DNA of 64,000 nt from Paraphysomonas bandaiensis (lineage: Eukaryota; Protista; Chrysophyceae), in assembly GCA_965644295.1 (NCBI GenBank), contig CBFFRP010000058.1, positions 124,001-188,000 on the forward strand. Reading direction: 5' to 3'. The notes beneath the pieces are model-generated. The model did not search any database and was not told the DNA's origin. It worked only from the letters and a program-made list of their open reading frames with translations. The position numbers were made by a program, and so were the translations under genes. This document shows positions 40,701 to 54,177 of this stretch, piece by piece (within the stretch, counting starts at the first letter, position 1; every line of letters starts with the position of its first letter).

Positions 40701-42992
40701 ATCGACTTTGTTGTTCGTTATTATGGTGCCGTTGTCTGTTCTGACAAATGAACGTTTAGGTGATGCAGATGGGTATTTTCGCATGGTATGCCCTCCAGGA
40801 TTGCTGTCGAACAAAGTAAAAATTGTTCACTCATCCCTAGAAGTCAAAGGGTCTCGTGCAGTTTCTGAAAGAAAGGGTTGGAACTCAAGTGCTGTTGTGG
40901 ATGTCGTTCAAGAAAGGCAGTCCGGGTCTGAGCAGTTGGCAATTCTGAAGCAGTCGCATACAATAATGGGGCCTCGTTCACCAGCGTCTCCACGGACAGC
41001 TCAAGAATCATCTACTACCCGTGATAACGCTAAGGAGAATGTTGATTCACCTGCGTCAAAAAAGAAAAATGCACTCGTTGCTGCCATGGAGGAACTTGAG
41101 AATGCTATGAATGAATCCCAAAAGGAAATGGATGAGTTAGAGGAAGAGCTAGCCAATAGGTATATAGCGTGCAATGTTTCTTGTATTATACGTGATGCTT
41201 ATTATTGTATTACAAAGGTACATTGAGCTCGAAGGTTTGGCGGGACGTCTCGGCCATGTTGAGTATTCATCTCGTTTAGGCTATCTTGAGAAAGAGCGGA
41301 TGCTGTTGGAGGAAGAGAGATTTAAAATGCAGGTACGTCCTTGTTTACAAAGCGCATGGTGCCTGTGATTAATGTATTCTGAACTGTATTTCATTGTTGT
41401 AATCGAAAAAGTTGGTGATTTATGTGTAAATGACCTAGGAACATTTTGCACTGCGACTACAATCCATCAAGGACCGTTTCGAAGAAGGAGAAGTCTTTAC
41501 TCCATCACCGAAGAAGGCCCCGAAAGCGTCTCCATTTGTAAGCAACCTTTCCAAGAAAAAGAATAGCAACAATCGTGATGCCGTGAAGTTGCGACAAGCT
41601 GAAAGAGGATGGAATGGGTTTTCGAAGAAAGCGGACACTATGAATTACGCCCTCGGTAAAGGCCGGGCAGTTACGAGCTCGTTTGGTATGTCCCATCAGC
41701 AGGTGTCTAAATGGGATGCTAAAATTAACGAGTCGTCGCTCAATAAGAGCTTCAAGGTAGGTCGCTTGATGTGATACTTCGTGTGATTCAGTATCCATAT
41801 TGTACTTATACGTATAAACGTATAACATGTGATGCGCAGAGCTACATATCACACACCTCTCCTCAAAGAAAAGCACGAACCCCGAAGAAAAACACACCAG
41901 AAGACTATGTGGACCATATGTGGAACAGTTTCAAGGTTAAACTGAAAGCAGAAACTATTAAGTGGGCCAGCTCTCGATCAAGCAAGCATGGAAATAAAAT
42001 AATGGTGAGAATAACGTCAGCTTCCTTGTTGTGTGTTCATTCGTAATACGTGTGTATCGCATTGTTACGACTCAACTTTGTATGAATGGACAATAAAATG
42101 TAATGACCATGAACAATAGGAATTGATGAACACGAAAGCACCCACAGTTACCACCGCTTCACCTATTGTTCACACGAGTAATCGCATTCCTGTGCCTACG
42201 AGAGAAGTCGGTGGTAATGAACAAAGAAATGGCGGTAATACAATTGCCGAAAAGATTAGACAGGAAGAGATTCGCCTAATGCAGTTCGAAGAGGCACGAC
42301 GATATTGTGTGATACAAGAGCAGATGAGAGCCTTCAAGAACCCTTCCCCATCTAAGCCGACACCAGAGAAGGAGGAAAATAACGATGAATACGAAACGAG
42401 CACCCCATCTGCACGTAGCCTTCCACGGGCGACAATTAGTACTTCTTCCCGCCCGTCTGTCCAGACGAGCAGCAAGACAATATCTTTTTCGACTCCACTG
42501 TCTGGAGGACGTAGTGCGCAACATTCTGCTGCTCATGGTCGGAAGACGCCAGCTTCTTCGGGAAAGCAGGCGTCAGCTACACAGAAAGCTGTGCATAGTG
42601 TAAAGAACTTTGATGCTGTTGTGAGTTGGATGTCTTTTCCACGTAATGTGCTTCTGCATGACCGGCACTCCAAACGAGAATGTACCTGTGTAGTGGAAAA
42701 AGAGTTTGTGAATGGCTTGGATGCTTATGTACTCAAGTGGTTCGCCACAGCTAACGCTGAAGAGAAGAAAGGTGGAGGACATAATTCAGTGGATGGCCAT
42801 GTCATTTTGAGTGACATAACTTCGTATGATTTTTCTCCTCGTGATTCGTCCGCATTGGTACTTCATCTATCATCAAGTGTTCGGGCGTTGAAGTCATCTG
42901 GAGGTAGAACTGTTCTCACCATCGGGTTTACTTCCGAAGCAGAATGCTCAAAGTTCATGGTTGGCCTGACGACGGTGATGCAAGCCAATTGA
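37734..42992 (+). CDS. Pro/Asp-rich, tandem calponin-homology, coiled-coil protein with PH-like segments; spliced
   Basis: ATG 37734 (MSLPPPPDSPPP). CH1 LCKWV..EFCNGLLLARIM..ALDNLEQAL; CH2 FKWYNAIL..HNGFALFCVIYH..ANIQYVFSLL; coiled coil; C-terminal PH-like ..FTSEAECSKFMVGL. Confidence 0.7.
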
Positions 42993-43521
42993 TAAGTATT
43001 GGATGCCGTTAATTTTTAGTGACTGTCATCCGGTTTTGTACTTACTGCTATTTAGGTAGACATAGCGCTTTCATGTTGGAAAAGTTTATAGGGTAACATT
43101 GAGAGCAGGTGTAAGTTATTACTATATTATGTAGAATCGATCAGTAATAATAAGTTGGTGTATAATCACCGTAAGCAACCCAGTTATATTTCAACTAAAA
43201 TACGCTTTACCCTCACTAAAATCTTGAGTTAATATTGGGTTTGAATTAGGAGCCTGCATTGATAAATACCTAAATCTGTACTAAGTAGTTTACTTACTTT
43301 TTAAGCAGTATGTGTTGTGGAGGCAGCCCATCATTTTAATTGAAACCCTTCCACTCAAACTTAGGAGCCATATATTGAGTGATACACTGAAGTTAATCTT
43401 ACTATGCATAGACGTAAACCTTAACCTTGCTTTATTTTACTAAAATTACTTACTTGAATTATAATTATTCTCAACACTTCACAACATATTTATGTAACAT
43501 CTGGAGAACACCTGTTCTCAG

Positions 43522-45343
43522 CAGGGCTGCGTAACAATTAATTGCAATTTACTTGCAAATGTTTTTTTGCAATTAAATTGAAATTATTTGTTATAGCTCG
43601 CGCAATTATAATTGCATTTAATTGCAATTTAATTGTGCCAATTATTGTCTAATTAACTTAGATACTCATTACAAGCATGTATAGCACTTGTATTAGTGGT
43701 CTAACTAGTATGACTAGCATTCTTCTAGCCACTAATTGATGCAAGGTCTCAACGCCTATTGCTAAATAATCAGACATTCACTACTAGCACTTGTATTCCA
43801 CAGAAATATATAAAAGCGCGAGAACATAAGGGCCTCTAATCGATGAGCAGATCACTCATGTTGATTTTTGCTCCACTGAAAAACGTCGAGGTAATACCAA
43901 AACCTGGTTTTTGATGTAAAACCTGGTGAAATATTTGATGATGGTCAGAAAAAGGTTTAAATATGCACAATAACTATGAAGATATTAACAGTGTGAAAAG
44001 TATTGTTTATAATATTTTTTACTACTTTCTTGCATAATACTTCAGTTTTGGCATTACCTCGACTAGAAGCCTTTCTACACAACTAGAAGTGGAGTAAATA
44101 TGCATCAAGCAGCGATACTTAGTTGGTCTGGTCGTGCGTATATATAGTCGCTTCTGTTCTTGGTACGTTTGGCGGCTTCTCGTCAGTGAGGCGACACCAT
44201 CAACTTTTTCCTCTTCTTCATCAGTTCTGTCCAACAGAAAACGCTTGAACTGCGCTTTCTCAGGTCCAACCATACTGGCCTAGGACAAATGAATTAGGCA
44301 ACATTCCTTTCACTTTTTCAAATTGCTGCACCACAGCATCCAATTTCATGATTGTGCTGCTTGATATCGGCTTCAGTTTGGTATTCTTTCTCGTCAACTC
44401 TTTCTCATAATAATCAGACACTCACTGCAACGCTTCTCCGCAAAAAAAATCATTGATCGTCTATAGTTATCTACTCCAACCATCTGAACACATTAAGAGA
44501 GAGGAATGATAAACTTTTCTCTCAATCTAAGAATCCATGGGATTAGCTCCACGTAAAGCTGCCCTGACCTCTTGGCATCCCAACCTTCGTGCCGCTTTGC
44601 ATGCTGTGCCCAGTGGACCATCCTGCTTACCTCTGTCACTGATACGATTTTTGACATTCTCTGCATTCCCATTATCAAAGTCCTCGAGGAGCTGAGTAGA
44701 AACACCCTTGAAATGGATTCTGGTGTTAAGTTGTCAGACACCTCTAGACTATGATACACACACTATGATGATGATATAATCGAGTACATGACCAAAACTC
44801 TAAATATCCAGGTTTTCGACTTCAAAAAACAGTAAAAAGCCCTAATAATCCATGTCCATACCGCTGCACATCCAGTTCGTAGTGAACTTCAATCCTGCAG
44901 TGTCCTGCGAGCCTGCGAGGCAGGATCGGAAGAACATGATTGCCACACTTCTTATAGATATACTGTATATCTTAAACTAGAAGGGTATTGAGCAATACTT
45001 ATACACTATGGATCGAGCTGAACTTAGTCTTGTAGCTCAAGGTCAAGAGGAAAGACACATAATCGACCATTCAAAGAAACAGTACCTTTCTCAATGTAAG
45101 GAAAACGTTATAATGAGAGGCCAACCTTCCCACCATTGTAATAGCCATTAAGGGCAATAAAAGGCCATCGTCCTTAATGTTTTCCGACATCTAATTCTAA
45201 TACTATGTGCTTATACTATATAGTTAATAATTGCCAATTAATCGCAATTTAATTGCAACCTTCCAGCGAGCAATTATAATTGCAATTATTACGTATATCC
45301 CGTACAATTTAATTGCAATTCAATTAATTGTTACGCAGCCCTG
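43522..45343 (-). mobile_element. Decayed hAT-superfamily DNA transposon
   Basis: 23-bp TIR cagggctgcgtaacaattaattg, 8-bp TSD gttctcag/gttttcag, subterminal aattgcaatt repeats, and a minus-strand transposase remnant YRCLMHIYSTSSCVERL (hAT dimerization-type S..ER motif). Confidence 0.85.
43695..43784 (+). mobile_element. 5'-truncated family A retroposon nested in the hAT element, 13-bp TSD
   Basis: Ends ..cagacattcactac like copy 55157..55564; flanked by tagcacttgtatt at 43682-43694 and 43785-43797. Confidence 0.8.
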
Positions 45344-46211
45344 GTTTTCAGAAACATCTGTTTAACATGTGTTCATCACTTACTTCTATATCTATAGTCA
45401 CACATCAGTCAATCATATGTACGCAAAACTTCTTCATGGCTGGATTGTGATAGTCATCCTTTGTAACTATAATCACCCGTTACATCTATGAGTTGATTTC
45501 ATCTATTGCACACTATATACTCACTACAGTATATATACATGTACTGCACTGGTACGTATATCTACACTGCTGTGTAGTACGTATACTGCTGTGTATGTAC
45601 TTGTACTGTTGTGTGTATCTGTATATAAATTAGTACTGATGTATATGTACTGCTGTACATCATCTACGTACAGAGGTATACCGTCGTATACTGCTGCTGT
45701 GCACTTTTCGCTCTGGCGTATGGCAGTAGATATCCGTGCAACAAGATATATGCACCAATCATTACACTACAAATACAATCAATTGGTAAATATCATATAT
45801 ATAGTGAAAAAACTTCACCTTTAAGTACACTTCACACTATCTTCATTCCTAAAAAGAACTTTACATATGGTTTTGATAAAAGAAGTTCATAATACTTCAA
45901 AAGGATCTATAAATGTATGGATATTACTGTATGTACTGTATGTACTATATCTCAACAAAATTTGGTATATAGTTTTACATTGTGATATATACATACATAC
46001 ATATATATATATGAATATATTCATAAGTAACACTTATTAAAGATAGTATATATATATATATTAAAGAATTCTATTTATAATTATAGAAAATCAAATCATT
46101 TTATAAGCATTATCCGTATGCTAAAAACATTATATTATCATTGTTTGAATAAAAGAAGTCTTATAATTGATAACGAACTACGTGAAGAGCATATTAAGTT
46201 TATTAAGAAGT

Positions 46212-48041
46212 ATGACAGACTTTACATGTATGTATGATAATCAAGAGCTTATGGAATCAGCAAGAAAACATTTATGGATGCATTTTACAATGCATGATGG
46301 ATATTTTGCTGATCCACCTAAAGATATTCCTGTTATTGTAAAGGGTAAAGGAATATATGTCTGGTCAAGTGATGGGAAGCGATATATTGATGGATTAGCG
46401 GGGTTATTTACTGTTCAAGTGGGACATGGTAGACCTGAACTAGCTGAAGCTGCGGCAGCACAGATGTCTCAGTTGGAATACTTTCCCTTGTGGTAGGACA
46501 ATTGCTATGATGCACTGTAACAACGGGTCATACTAATGACGTCTGTCCCAGGTCGTACGCACATGTTCCAGCTATACGATTGGCTGAGCGACTTGCCCAC
46601 TATGCCCCAGGTATTTTCCAAGGACAGAGTATGTTATAGGCAATTATGTAGTATGTCTTCTATAGGTGATCTTAATCGAGTTTTCTTTACCACTGGCGGC
46701 GGAGAAGCTGTTGAAACAGCATGGAAGCTCTCGAAACAGTTTTTTAAATTGCAAGGAAAGCCCGAGAAGCACAAGGTCATCAGTCGACAGTTCTCCTATC
46801 ACGGCACTACTCAAGGTGCTCTCTCTATTACTGGGCTACCACTTGCAAGAGCTCCCTATACACCACTTGTTCCTGGCGCTCTAAAGGTTCCAAACACTTG
46901 CTTTTATAGAGCTCCAGAGCATCTAAGGGACGATGAGGAGGAGTTTGGTATGTGGGCAGCAGACCGAATTGAAGAAGCGATCATGTTTGAAGGTGTGTGT
47001 CTGCTATATATTAAATATAGATTATCCTTGAGTACATGTCCATATAGTGGATTACCCTTTATGCTATATGGCTCTTGTTCCAGTGTGTATGTTTTGGTTT
47101 TGTGCTCATCATACACCCCAATATGTGTAGGCTCAGAGTCAGTGGCCGCTGTGTTTCTAGAACCCGTACAAAATTCTGGTGGATGCTTTCCACCTCCTCC
47201 TGGTTACTTTCAGCGTGTACGGGAAATATGTGATCGCCACGAGGTTCTTCTGGTGGCTGATGAAACAATCACCGCTTTCGGTCGACTTGGGGAGATGTTT
47301 GCTATCACCCGATATGATGTGATTCCGGATATGATAGTGTGCGCGAAGGGGATGACATCCGGCTATGCACCCATTGGAGCCCTTATTGTTTCCGATAAGC
47401 TCTTTGAACCTTTTAAGGATCCAGGAGTCTTTATGCCGCACGGTTTTACTTTCGGTGGTCATCCTGTGTCTGCAGCAGTGGCGTTGGCCAATCTCGACCT
47501 CATTGAAAAGGAGGGGCTTCTCGAAAACGTCAGGAGAAATGAAGACTATTTTAGGTAGGTCGTGTGTATAAATGACTGTAATGAATATATCTATTCAAAA
47601 GAGGTTCATTGTAGAGTATCCAGCGCTCATTTATTTACTGACTGGCTTGTTGTATATCCAGGTCTCAACTGGAAACCCTTCTTGAGATTGATATAGTGGG
47701 TGATGTAAGAGGCGCAGGGTTCTTTTATGGGGTGGAGCTGGTGAAAGAAAAAGCTACGAGAGAAATATTTTCTGATGAAGAGGTCACCTATAAGTGTCAT
47801 CATGTATATGTTTTCTAATAATTTTTTCATATCACAGTCTGATGACTTGATCCGGGGATTTCTGTCAACTCGATTATTTTCAAACGGATTGTACTGCAGG
47901 GCAGATGACCGGGGAGAACCTGTGGTTCAGTTAGCTCCTCCGTTGACTATTAATCGAGAAGATATTGATGAAATCGTTGCCATTCTTCGCAAAACTCTCA
48001 TGGAGGCGCAGCAGTATCTCAGAAATAAGTCAATCCCATAA
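46212..48041 (+). CDS. Class-III PLP-dependent aminotransferase (omega-amine/polyamine transaminase-like); at least 5 introns; start uncertain
   Basis: Spliced product HLWMHFT..DGLAGLF..GHGR..FFTTGGGEAVE..SYHG..EPVQ..DETITAFGRLG..PDMIVCAKGMTSGY (PLP Lys)..HGFTFGGHP..VRGAG..LAPPL. Introns 46493-46551, 46611-46665, 46993-47130, 47555-47661, 47783-47837. Confidence 0.93.
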
Positions 48042-48660
48042 CGGTAGCTGTGAGAATCACGCCCAATGTAGGGATTATTGTGGGCAAGTGTTCACTTCTA
48101 GGTCGAGCAGTAGTTTAATCAATAGGATGTCTAGCGAATTGTTTCGCATTGTTGAAGGAACTTTTAACTAATTTACGCCGTACGATCATTGTTAAAAAAT
48201 TTCCTTATTTAATCTCATGTACATTTTGAGTATACTTCTCTGTCATGCAACTTAATTATATCTACAGTTCACAGGTTGTCATGCTGAATGCTAATTCTCT
48301 GATACTCTAAGCATCTCTACGGTTAATACGTGCTTCTACTACACATGTACTTCTAACTTCTAAGTTTGGTTAATTTTTTATGAGCTTGGTTGCAGAAGCG
48401 CACAAATTCGAAGGAAATTAATAGGTGATCAAGAAATCAAGATACGGCCGATTTGACTGAATCGATATTAGTCTTCACCCAAATTCATCTAAGAAGTAAG
48501 GTGCCTGTTACTTATTGTGTTCCAGGAAATTCGATTTCCTACTCAAAGTACTCGTACAATATCTCGTTAATATCATACAACAATATCATTGAAAGTGTGT
48601 ATATAATATCATCGGGAAAATACAATTGTGTGAAACTTCTCAGCGATAATGGATAGATTG

Positions 48661-49771
48661 CTATACGTCATCATAATGATGAATAGCTTTTTCTTTCAGC
48701 TGCATAAAGTTACCGTACCTGTAAATAACAACCAGTTACACATTAAATAATAGTGAGGGATGTTTGGTTAGCATATTCGATTGAGACACAAAACCTACAT
48801 GTGCATTGTGCCCAGCCCAATTTCTCTGAGATCCCAGAAATCAAGTCCCTCCATCTCGTACTCATGGTTACGATATATGTCAGAAACCTCCATAGATAGT
48901 TCGGCAGTCGACCTCACCATCTACATATCTTATATAAATCACATGTTTGAACGCCCATATGACCATGTCGTTGGGTAAGGATACATATGATAACATGTCG
49001 TTGGGTAATCATACGCAAGACGACGAACCTTCCATACAGCATCATTGATATTAGAAGATAGATAGAGATCTCCTTTGTAGAACGCTCCTCCCTGTATTTC
49101 CTTCGGTAATTCCACACCATCAGGCATTTTGAAAGTGTCATGCTGTAGTGTAGAGTAAAACGTAGATTTGATAAGAAAGACAGTACCCACCAGTTCAAGA
49201 GTGGTTGAGTTCCATATGTTAAACGCACAGCACTCTCCCTACATATGCTTGTTAGTTGTTAATGAGCTTGCTCAAAATGAACGCACCCAGGGTAGAGACC
49301 AGAGCAGCATTGTATCAGGGTCGATCGCAACCCACGGCATGTCTTTTTGATCAGTTATCTTGTACGACTGCATTTCTAATGTTTTGGTATCCCATGTAGC
49401 AAGTGCACCATTTCCTTCTTTCGCTTCTAATCCTCCATATATTATCCCATCTAGTATATCAATGTCCCCTATATGGTTATATGTAAGACTCTGCAGCTCA
49501 CTTGGTATAGCTTGATAGTTAGTATTCGTAATAGTTATCGGGGAAACTGTCGTTTGATAGAGAAAATGTTTATTGGTTAAATACCAGTGATTATCATCTA
49601 TATAATATAATGAATAAAGGTTATAGTTATATATATGTATGTACCATGTGCTAAGCCTTCATTAGCTACTCTTAATTCAAGGGGAAGTCTTGTATCACGT
49701 TTTTCAATCCATTCACCAATTGAAGAAGTAACTAGTAAAGATATTTGAAGAATAATGAAATTAATTTTCAT
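48661..49771 (-). CDS. Putative secreted beta-propeller-like protein; spliced
   Basis: Signal-like MKINFIILQISLLVTSS followed by beta-rich exons: NEGLAH|DDNHWYLT, NHIGDIDILDGIIYGGLE, PWVAIDP, EIQGGAFYKGDLYLS, EMEGLDFW. Confidence 0.6.
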
Positions 49772-50130
49772 TTTGTTTATTAATGAGATGTATATGTATA
49801 TATGGTTATGTATGTTAAGTGAGATGTGTCTATACTTTACTTGTCAGCTTGTAAAATATCACACTATTTTATTCAATTTTCTGTACAAGATTTCCGGATT
49901 TTTTAGGGGCTCTTGTAATAGATTTACACAGTATGGAACCGAGTTTGGATAGCCGAACACACATAGCAGAGTATACATATACCTACGAAATACAGTATAG
50001 TATAGTATAATATAGTATATACAGTATATGCGTACAGCAGTATGAAGATCTGTACATAGATATACATACCCATACCATAGGCATACTATACATACATATC
50101 TACAGAGTACATGAGATATATATATGTATA

Positions 50131-50267
50131 CGTATCGGCATCCTTTGTATATTTTTGTTCAAAGATGCCTCTAATATTGAGACAACAAATATCTGTATTC
50201 TAGCCGTAGTTTTATTGAAGTAATGTGGAATATTTTTGCTTCAATTTATTTCCGCAAAATAAGATGC
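50131..50267 (+). repeat. Promoter-proximal dispersed element, copy 3
   Basis: Same sequence as 7080..7216 and 15385..15524. Confidence 0.85.
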
Positions 50268-50383
50268 ATACGTATATATGAGATACACTACTATGAGATG
50301 GTCATATCATCATACCATTAATATCATCAATATATACATTCATTACCTAATAAAATCTCTTCTAATTAATAATTCATAAGAAT

Positions 50384-53017
50384 ATGAATGACAATATAAA
50401 TGATAATGAATATGATAGAAATCATACAATTGATATAATTGAAGATTGTTTATTAGAATTAGAGAATACATTTAATGAATCTGATATCCGTTCAATGACT
50501 CCATTAAATATATTAACAATAATAGAAAAATACATACAATCTAATATAAATATATCCTTACAATACTTATTAACAGATCAAGCTGTACTTATGGAATTAA
50601 TATTAAAAATACATTATGTATATCAGGTATGTATCTATATATATGTATATATATATGTATGTATAGTGTGATATATAACTTATATATATATATATAGTTA
50701 TTAGATCACAGGACAGATGATACATCAGCTTCTATTGTATCAGCTTTAAATGTATTACAGGTATTAGAGTGATATATTGTAATGTATTGTGTTAATGAAT
50801 ACATTTTAGCCTCTCTCTGCAGCAACAGTCAGATGCTTACTACCTGAAGACATCAGTTTTCTAGTGTCCTCAGTTCCTTCCTCCATAAAATCTTCTGATA
50901 GAAATCTCCTTTCAGATCAGGTTGGTTCATACCCCGATTGTATGAAATGATATTAATTAAATGATATAGTTGGAAAGCATGAAGCAATTGAGAGAGAAAT
51001 TAAATGCGAAATCTAATGAACTTGAAGAAAAAGAAGCTGAGATATTGAGTAGAACCAGAAAGCTCGAGGTAGATTTAATCTGTGATTTCTGTTTGCACTT
51101 TAACTTTTACTGTGTATATTTATTTTAATAACCGGTTTAACTAGTACTTTATTTTATTCTATTTATTATTAAAAGTGCTTCTCCTCCTTTCTGTGTGGTA
51201 GGTTCAGGCTAATTCCATGCGGGAGAATGTCTTGGAACATGTCAAGAAGAGTGCGGCAAATCAAGGGATGAAGGGAGCAAAAACAACATTCAATAGGGCT
51301 GCAGAGGCTCGAATCGTACAACTTGACGTGGATGCTGCTGTTAAGGCTTTGGTACTGATTCTTATGATGGGTAGTTAAACAGTTGATGTAATTTATACAG
51401 GCGACGGAAGTATTGAAATTGGAGAAAAAATTGGTGTATAAACGCTCTGACGACGAAGAGTATGAGATATGTATGTCAAGCTAACGAAATTCTTGCAAGA
51501 ATCTTAGCATTTACACTGCAGCAAGTTTGTTAAATGAGCTTCTTCTCTCACAAATTGAATCCGCCGAAGAAATGAGGCAAAATGCTGACCGAATAGGAAC
51601 TGAGCTATCGAAGTACAGGTAAATTGTTCTCTACATGATATCTTGTCATATGCTTAACAGTTTTTTGTAGTGCCCAACTACACAAGGAGTACCGGGATTT
51701 TCAGCTGAATAGTGGCTTAGACCGCGCTAATGCTCTGGAGTCATCGGTGAAAATGGGCTTCGACAGGACCAAAAGTGATTTCGAAGCGCAGTTTTCCCAA
51801 ATCCGGGAAGAGTTTGATGTAGGTTCCTTGGGGATTAGATACATTATATCTTCGAAGTCTATAGCAATTATTATTGAACACAATAGTAATATTGTATGTG
51901 ATGTAGGAGCTTCTCGACGCGGAGAATGCACAGCACATTGCTACCCTTCGCAGCTTATCCACTCTTACAACAAAAGGACTTGAGTCTGAGGCCCGCTCTA
52001 TGATGGACAACCATGCTCAGGTGGTGCTGGATATGTTATGATAGCCTGTTGACGAGGCGTCATCATAAATTCATCATTTACTGACACTGTATATAGAGAT
52101 CAACTGCAACACATGCTGAAATTGATAGCATCGTGGACGATCTTCATGGGCAGCTAGTTAAAGATACTGAGGTATGACGGCGTACGGATTTGTGTATTCC
52201 TTTGTGTCCAATTATACATGGATATAGCTTGAGCAGTTTAGTTAATAGTAGATAGCATTCTACTTGTGTTATGCAATATGATGGTTGTCAATTAGGTGTT
52301 GGCATCGAACTTCTCGAAGGTTTACGAAAGTGCTGAAGGGCTCCTTCGAGAAAATAGAAAGAAGGTACCTTTGACATACGGCTATGGTTAGAAGATTGTA
52401 ATCTAACGCGATGTAGAATGCAAAAGCACGTGAGAACACGGCCACACCTCCATCGCGTTCTGGGAAACCAGCACTTCAGGTGATACCAGCTACGGGCTAT
52501 GACTGTTAAAACCACTACATATTGAGACAACAGATAATACGTATGCGTTCAAACTTTGTACTAACGCAGGATACTTGTTCCCTGCAGACAGCTATTTATG
52601 ATGCGTTTACATCCATTCACACTCTACAAGCAACGTCGATTAACCCTGTCAACGATTTTTCCCATACGTTGTCCGCTATTGCGAATGAAAAAGAGGTTAT
52701 TTGCATGAAGTTACATTTGTTATTTTGAGTTGCCTATTAATCTCTTTATGTGGCAGTGTATACCATTGACAACAACTCTTTCACGTGCTGTGTAGCTAAT
52801 GTAAATGTCTGTGCAGACTGAGGTCATGGAGTTTCTTTCTAAAGCAGACTCGACCTATGATTCTTACAGAAAATCACTATTGGATAAAATTGTCATTGAG
52901 AGAAGTAAAGCGAAAGAACTTCCGAATGAAGAGAAACAGAGCTCTACGCTTGGTTCACAAAGACAAGAAATTAAGATTAGTCCTGTGCGCATGGCAAAAA
53001 GTTTTCATGGAGTATAG
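50384..53017 (+). CDS. Multi-exon coiled-coil protein of unknown function
   Basis: A series of short GT-AG-bounded exons with heptad-like E/K/L-rich translations, from ATG 50384 to stop 53017. Confidence 0.55.
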
Positions 53018-53414
53018 TATAGTATAGTTGGCTGTGATTTGTGGATATGTATATGTTTTAACGCATTTATTAGTCGAGTAATCGATTACTCTCGTAGTTC
53101 AGGATGCATAATTCGTAATGGGGATATAATGTGAAATATTAATGTACTTTTGTCTTCTGCGTATAAACAAAATTACGCATCATCGTTATTCTCCTTTTGT
53201 TTCACACAGTTTTTTTGACCTAAATTAAGTTCGAAAGAACGCTAATATACTTAACACCGGGACCTTCAACTTCGATATCCAGTTGAACAGTAAATTTTCT
53301 TCTATCTTAATTATGAACCACACTATTAACTCGACTTCCAAAAGAGCAGATCATCAAACACTAGTCACAATCCACAATCCACCCTTCGTCTGGTGTAGAA
53401 GATCATAATACTGT

Positions 53415-53758
53415 CATCCAGGACTTCGAAATAGTACTTCAACAATTGACAGGAGAGTCAAATGACACATCTAATGCTGATGATGATTTCAAATAGTGGC
53501 GACCAGTCCTTTCAGGGTTTGAGTTACATCGTGCCTATCAGGATAATGCGCCTCATATCATACACACAGCAGTCGAGTCAGTTGCACTAGCAGGGGCTAA
53601 GCGTGGTGTACATAAATGTGATGATGCCAAAAAGACTACAATTTTGTACTATCATTATATTTATATGCGACATTCAATACCACGCAGTTTCTACTCCCTC
53701 AGTATCCTTCTGTGGTAGGGGTACATTTGTTGTAGTTATTATTGAAATTTTGGGAATT
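53415..53758. repeat. Dispersed repeat family B, copy 2 (inverted relative to copy 1)
   Basis: Homology to 17734..18060. Confidence 0.7.
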
Positions 53759-53784
53759 CATTGTTCTGGATTAATGTTCTACAA

Positions 53785-53870
53785 CCCTCAACAAAGTCGG
53801 ACTCGCACCTTTTCGTGGTGTTCTGGGGGATAAGTACCGGAGATATTTCTCCGGGAAACTAACGTGAGCC
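53785..53870 (+). ncRNA. Putative (decayed) HDV-like self-cleaving ribozyme at the retroposon 5' end
   Basis: P1 ccctcaac/gttctggg; P2 gg(a)ctcgc/gtgagcc; P3-L3 acc-ttttcgt-ggt; P1.1 gg; P4 ccggaga-tatt-tctccgg flanked by AGTA/GAA; J4/2 CTAAC. Confidence 0.6.
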
Positions 53871-54177
53871 GCATATATAGTCAGCAGATATATTGTTCTG
53901 CCCACTCATATAGCCAAATGCTTGTGTGGTACAAGGGACACTAATAAGTGTCACTTGTGTAGACGTCTTTGGGCCCTGACGAATAAACAGGCATCCGGGA
54001 ATGGGCCCACCTCAAGGGCATCCGGGACAGGGCCCACCAGAAGGGTAACCGGGGTATTGGGCTGTCTGCTGAAGTTAAGCATCCGGGATGTTCACCTTAA
54101 GAACTCAAAAAACCTGAAGTCAGCAGATGTCAGGTATATCAACATTCTGCTTGCTCCCTGCGTTTGCTTTGAGTGAT
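53785..54177 (+). mobile_element. Family A short retroposon, 5'-intact, 3' end missing
   Basis: Aligns with 55157..55460 and with the reverse complements of 26490..26807 and 25580..25737. Confidence 0.8.

Noticed and set aside
46993-47130. 46-aa hydrophobic 'insertion' in the aminotransferase ORF
   Set aside because: It is an in-frame GT-AG intron; removing it restores FEG|SESVAAVFLEP.
53975-53995. CTGACGA resembling a hammerhead ribozyme core
   Set aside because: No following stem II and GAAA, and the motif is not conserved in the other copies.
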